A stretch of 64,000 nucleotides of DNA from Klebsormidium nitens (lineage: Eukaryota > Plantae > Klebsormidiophyceae), in contig DF237167.1 of assembly GCA_000708835.1 (NCBI GenBank), positions 73,274 to 137,273 of the forward strand, given 5' to 3'. The position numbers and the translations under genes were made by a program. Position 1 is the stretch's first letter, and the number at the start of each line of letters is the position of its first letter. Shown piece by piece: positions 58,871 to 64,000 of this stretch. The notes under the pieces are model-generated. The model saw only the letters and a list, made by a program, of their open reading frames with translations, did not search any database and was not told the DNA's origin.

Positions 58871-61090
58871 AAAGTGTTGCCAAAGCTATCGATTTGTCCC
58901 CTGTGTGGAAACGTGGTGGGCTGGAAGGCATGTGAATTTGTAGGCGGATCCCGAGATTCAGCTTGTTAGGGCTTGAGAAAGGAGAAAGGAGGGAAGAGCT
59001 GAGGTGAGAAGAACCGCTTTCTGAGTTGTCCAGATTCTGATTTACCCAGGAGGCTAGATCTGACCTTAGAAATGATGATATGAGGTGTCCTTAAAGAGAA
59101 GAGAAAGAGAAAAGAGAAAGCGGAGGATGTTGAGCTCACAGGTTTTCAAATGTAGAGATTGAAGAAGATTCCCGTCAGTAGCTGAATTCTTGAGACCACA
59201 AGCGCCAGTTGGCACTGGTACTAACCTGGAAGTCCTTAGACCCTCTTTTGTCCAATGCAGGGGTTCTCGTAAACGCCGAAGACCTTTTCTGCAAGTAGCA
59301 AACACAGACATCATGTTTCAATCACATCAGCGGCTTTAGTTGCATTTGAAAGCCTGCTGAATGTTAAACACAGCTGCTTGTCTGGCAACCAGCTGTTGCT
59401 TTTGTTCTGTCTAGAGTCAAAACATGCCTTCTTTGGACCACGGAGGAAACCTCAGCCTTTGATAGCTGTTGACCTCTAGAGAACTGTATGAGCAAACACA
59501 TGGTTAGCACCAAGTCGCCATTGTTCCTCATGAGGTGCTTGAGCCAGACTGACAAGGGGCGACAGAAGCAAACCAACCGTGTTCATCTGATATATGCTCT
59601 TTGTTAAGAGAAGCGATCTTAAGCCCAGGAATGCCGCTTCAAGGAGCTCAAGGGGCGTACCCGACACAGACCAGAGCGGCTAAACTGTTGCAATATAAGT
59701 GAGACAAAATTACCACTTCTTTCATAGCCTATGGGACGGGCCACAAGTCTCAGTGGCTTATGGTGAGCTGGGGCGCCAGAACTTTGACATGGCGCCAAGG
59801 ATTGCTTCCCCAAAACGTCTCTGCTTCCTCTCAGCTTCAGAATTCTAGAGGGTAATTCAGCCTGGACAGAAGACCATCTGCTTGTCAGGACATCATAACG
59901 GAAACGCTCCAAAAGCAGCTGCAGACGTGTTACAACCCGCTGCCAATGAGTCAGCTTGTGAGGGCCCGCAAGCGCTAGGCTGGGCAAGTATTTCAGCTCT
60001 GACAACTCCACACACTTCTGAGTAAATGGCAAATGCCCCTCATGCGGGCGGCCCCTGAATGATGGCTACAATGCCGGCAATCTCTTGTGGAATACGGGGC
60101 ACCTAATGGCGTGACTGAGTTCGAAAAACTGGAACCCTCACAGCCGGAAATGATGGCAGAATCTAGGGGAGTGACGTGTGAACATAGCGACATACCCCTA
60201 GCGCCATTGCATTGAGCCGCTCCCGGCCCAAGAAATGGCATCGCTCACCTGCTTCAGCGGCTGCCTTCAGGGGCTTTGCATTGCTCCGCAGTTTTCTCTG
60301 TTGTCGAGAACGAACGTTTCGCGCGCCGGGCAAAATTGCTTTGCTCCGTCTCGCACAGTTTTTCTAGAGTCAGCATTTCCCTCAATAACAGCGAGAGGAC
60401 CCTGGAAACTCGCCAGAGTTTTCTGCCTCAGTCGTTCCTGCGAAGGAAGTCTTCGCCCTTGGCAAAACGGGTTTTCACGGCGACCTCTGTGAGTGTTCTC
60501 ATCAGAACGTCCGCCCATCTTGTCAATTTACAGACTCGGGACAGACCCTGAATAATTTGAGGGTTTGAGGAAGTCTCTGCAAGGGCTTTGCGCCTGAGGG
60601 GATGCTCAGGAATTAAGCTTTCAAAATGGGCGACTGGTAATTGTGCAAGGCTAATCTTGGGGACTATCCGGAGGAAAGAATCGTAAATAGAAGGGAGTGT
60701 GAATAAGATAATTTGTGACAATCGTCACAAAGCTCTAAATCGTAAATTAAAATACTGAGGGTATTCACACACTGTGTACAAGCGGATCACATCCTCAATC
60801 TGACACAGGACTAAATCCCGGACTTGTGCGCGCGCATTGCCAGGCTGGAGATTCCACGTTGCAAACTTGAAATAGTCGCAGAACTGGCACCGTCGATTAA
60901 AACGCTGATTTCTGATCGACGGATGCCAACCAGCCAGGTTGGATGCGGCGAACTTACACGCTCGGTACTCTGATCGGTACTAAATTACTGGCGGCTTGGA
61001 AAAATATAGTCTTTTTGTAGAGTGAATGTGTACACTCGCCATGTACACACACTCGATAGTAGTGTTTTGAGAAGAAGTCGACGAGGGGTG

Positions 61091-61402
61091 ATGACTTCCA
61101 ACAGCTCGTTCCTTCTCGTTTCTTTGTCTCTCTTCATCATTCCAAACGTTCTCATCTCGCTTCCAGCTCGACCATTGGACGCCATGGACCAGCCTGATAA
61201 AAGCAGCTTAGCAGCTCCAGCACCAGCAGCTCCCAAACCCGCTCCCAAGGAGCGTAGCTGGATCCAAGACAACCCTGGTATGATGCGGTACACTTCCAAG
61301 GAGGCGATTGGCTACAAGTATCAGCTCCCACGTCCAGGGCGCCATCGAAAACTTCAAGCGCCTTCTTCCATGGTGGACGTTCAAGAGGAGACCGAGAAAT
61401 GA
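61091..61402 (+). CDS. Small secreted Pro/Ala-rich protein or peptide precursor (103 aa)
   Basis: Single ORF with a hydrophobic N-terminus (FLLVSLSLFIIPNVLISLPA), an APAPAAPKPAP tract and the basic motif RHRKLQ. No family recognised. Confidence 0.45.
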   Translation: MTSNSSFLLVSLSLFIIPNVLISLPARPLDAMDQPDKSSLAAPAPAAPKPAPKERSWIQDNPGMMRYTSKEAIGYKYQLPRPGRHRKLQAPSSMVDVQEETEK

Positions 61403-61963
61403 CGCTGTATTTAGGTTAAGAGATTGGTTTGTGGAACTAGAGTTGCTTAACTAGCTGAACACGTGGCACTGAAACGCATTTATACCGCGGTACATACCAA
61501 TAGCCTTTTGTCGCGCGATGAAGTACATACCATCTCCGGTACGTACCTGTCAGAGGATGCATGTCGGGCGCTATTTTATGTCGACCCTTAGTGAAACGCT
61601 ATTCTGCGATGCAGCCCACCATGTTATATGTATGTCAGACTGGCGTTACGAATGGTAGGAAAAAATCCGGGGAAATGCCGCCACTATACCACACCATCAT
61701 CTTGAGGAAGTCAGAGTCGCCAGAGGTGTTCCGAGTTTGCAAGGGTTCAATCCCGAGATAGATTCTCTAAGGACTGCCGACACGAAACGCTCTCGCGCCG
61801 GAGGACTGGTCCAAGTACGATGCGTTTCCACCCAAAGCATCATGCACCTCTATTCTAGGGGAACTGAGAGAATAGGTAGCCCTTGCTCACTACCGTACGC
61901 GCACGCTCATTTAGCACTAAAATAATTATTTTGAGGCCGGTGTGAAAAAAAAAAAAAAATCTA

Positions 61964-64000
61964 CAGGAGGTGATGCGAAATTGCGAAAACAGCAAAAAAT
62001 TCATGGAAAAAGGAATGCTGCGAAAATGCGAAATCTGTGAAAATTCTAACAGCAAAGCTGGCCCGCGGGCGGTGTAAAAGCGGCGGCGGAAATCTGGCCG
62101 CGCATGAACGGAACCGGAACCCGCTGTATCTAGGAATGGCGGGGAAAGCAAGCATTTCGAGAGAAGCACCAGCTGGGCCATGCTGAGCATGGCTTCAAGG
62201 ATCCATCAACTTCGATTGTAGCTAGAAACATGCATTGGCGCAGCTCGATGGCTCGAAGTCAACTTCTTAACGGATTTGATTGCTCCCGGGTTCGAACCAG
62301 GTCTGATCAATATTGATCAGATGCACCAACTTGCAGCAATCTGTGTTTGTTTTTTGTTGACTTCCATTGTTCTCGTTTACCTACTTCTGAGCTGGCAATG
62401 AGGCTGCCAACTCATTTCAGCTCGAGACTGACTGCCTATTTTACAAGTCCTGCCAGCTCGACTGAGGTCTACCGTATCATCTGCTGACATTGTGCAAGCT
62501 CTCAGCTGGATGACTGCCTTCAACAATTTGACCAGGGACCTGCAATTAGAACTTAGCAAAGTGTAAATCATACAGAAACAGTTTGATTGCTAAGCTCAAA
62601 AGACTGCTTGTACATACGATTACGATCGTTTAACTCAGATTCAATGTCCAATAGGAATGCTGCCACCTAATTGACCACATCACCACATTGAACTCATTGA
62701 CTTACTTAGTCCCAAAAGTCCTCGTCACTAAGATCAGCTGCCAGGTCCATGTCCTCCAGCTCTGATTCCAGTGCCGCATCCATGTACCCTTGCATCACCT
62801 CTTGGAACGGCAATCCTGCATCAGAAACACATGGGATCTGAGTCGAGAAACAATTTGCCCGCAACTTGAATTCAATGCACAACTTCTCGAGCTCGTTCAA
62901 GATCTCAAACAAACTTGAGCTCACTTAGGCTGACTCACTGAGATTCACTTTCAGATCAGAATGTTAGTAAGCTCACTGGCAAGCAACCTGACTTAGACTT
63001 GATCAAAAAGTTACAAAAGATCGGATCAGGGACTTTTATACACAGTACTTTTGAAGTTTGTCAAGCAGTGCTAGGGTGGAGTCTGCAAAACTTTGCACAA
63101 AGTTACTTGTGGCAATCAAGTTGCAGGATCAGGACAACTTAGATATCACAAACTCTAGTACCAGTGCAACACATACGAGCTACGCCTGATTCTTGTGCAT
63201 TTATTGTCATGCCTCACCTGCCAGCTGCTCCAGGTCTGCTTCGTCTCTCTCGCCTTCCGGCCCAGCAACCTCGTCCACTCCCACGGCAGCTTCTACTTGC
63301 TCCATATCTCTCAGCAGCTTGCGCTGGAGACACTCCGACAGCGCCGTCCGTTGAAAGGCAGGGTCTTGGATGCTGCCTAGCTTGCACATCTCGAACCCCC
63401 TCCTGATCAGCGCCGGCTGTCCTCTCATCAGCAGCCACGCCCCCCTCAAAAAGTCCATCACTTTGTTCCTGAGCTGAGCCACCCATGTCTCTAGCTTCAC
63501 TTCCGCCGGATCAACCCCCGCTGCAATCTGCTTGTTGAACCTCCCCCGCTTGAAACTCATTGTAAAGCTGGTGCACTGAATGCTTGAATGGCCTCTGAAA
63601 GACCACGTCCATCACCTGGAGCTTAGACGTGCAATTGGCAGGCACGAAGAGGACAAGGATCAGGGGGAAGCTCTCCTTCATGAAGCCTCTAAACTCTGCT
63701 GAGATATGAACTGACCAGCAGTCTATGAGCCAAACCATCCGCTGCGCAAGGGGATGCAAGTCTAGCTCCTTGCACACAGCCACCCGGTAGGGGTCCAAAA
63801 CCTTTGAGACGAAAGCTTTCATTGTCTCTTGGGTGGACCAGTGGTTTGCGCTGTTCGTCAAATGCCAACCCTCTGAAGTGGCAATTGTTGCCGCCGCATT
63901 GGTTGGAACCACCGCCGTGGTCTTGCCCTGGAACACAACCTGAAGAGGCAGGAGAGCGCCAGAGGCAGCAGCACTTCCCATCACCGTGTGAAGCGGCGCT
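61964..64000 (-). mobile_element. pogo/Tigger-like (Tc1-mariner superfamily, DDE_1) DNA transposon; one end in the window, continuing past the window edge
   Basis: Carries a DDE_1 transposase. The candidate terminus TA|CAGGAGGTGATGCGAAA at 61962-61980 is followed by repeated TGCGAAA subterminal motifs. The matching terminus is outside the window, so this boundary is inferred. Confidence 0.6.
62706..64000 (-). pseudogene. DDE_1 (CENP-B/pogo-type) transposase, C-terminal half; one frameshift and one intron
   Basis: Motifs LPLQVVFQGK, NHWSTQETM, VWLIDCWSVH and VPANCTSKLQVMDVVFQRPFK. There is a +1 frameshift at about 63532. Intron 63217-62816 (G|gtgagg ... ctgatgcag|GA) joins an acidic tail (...DLSDEDFWD, stop 62706). 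Confidence 0.8.

Overview
Eukaryotic, intron-rich (GT-AG) genomic DNA. The proteins are green-plant-like, and the style fits a streptophyte alga such as Klebsormidium (inference only). Gene models were built by hand from splice sites with consistent codon phase. They are: a type II membrane Kelch-repeat gene (+, 420-2781) and its inverted, frameshifted paralog (-, 34350-30874); an MFSD5/MOT2-type molybdate-anion transporter (-); S-adenosylmethionine synthetase (+, 7 coding exons); a membrane-anchored Methyltransf_22-like methyltransferase (+); a secreted GDSL/SGNH esterase-lipase (+, 7 exons); a secreted CHRD-domain protein with a 6-Cys tail (-); tRNA-Asn(GTT); two poorly resolved hypothetical genes; a small secreted-peptide-like ORF; and the 3' part of a pogo/Tigger-like DDE_1 transposon. 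The most striking structure is a recurrent 'exon-end echo' architecture. Introns carry tandem, degenerate 135-330 bp copies of the neighbouring splice junction: acceptor plus exon start upstream of the exon, and exon end plus donor downstream. Splice dinucleotides are mostly kept. This occurs on both sides of two GDSL exons and in at least two other genes. One predicted intron also has terminal inverted repeats and looks introner-like.
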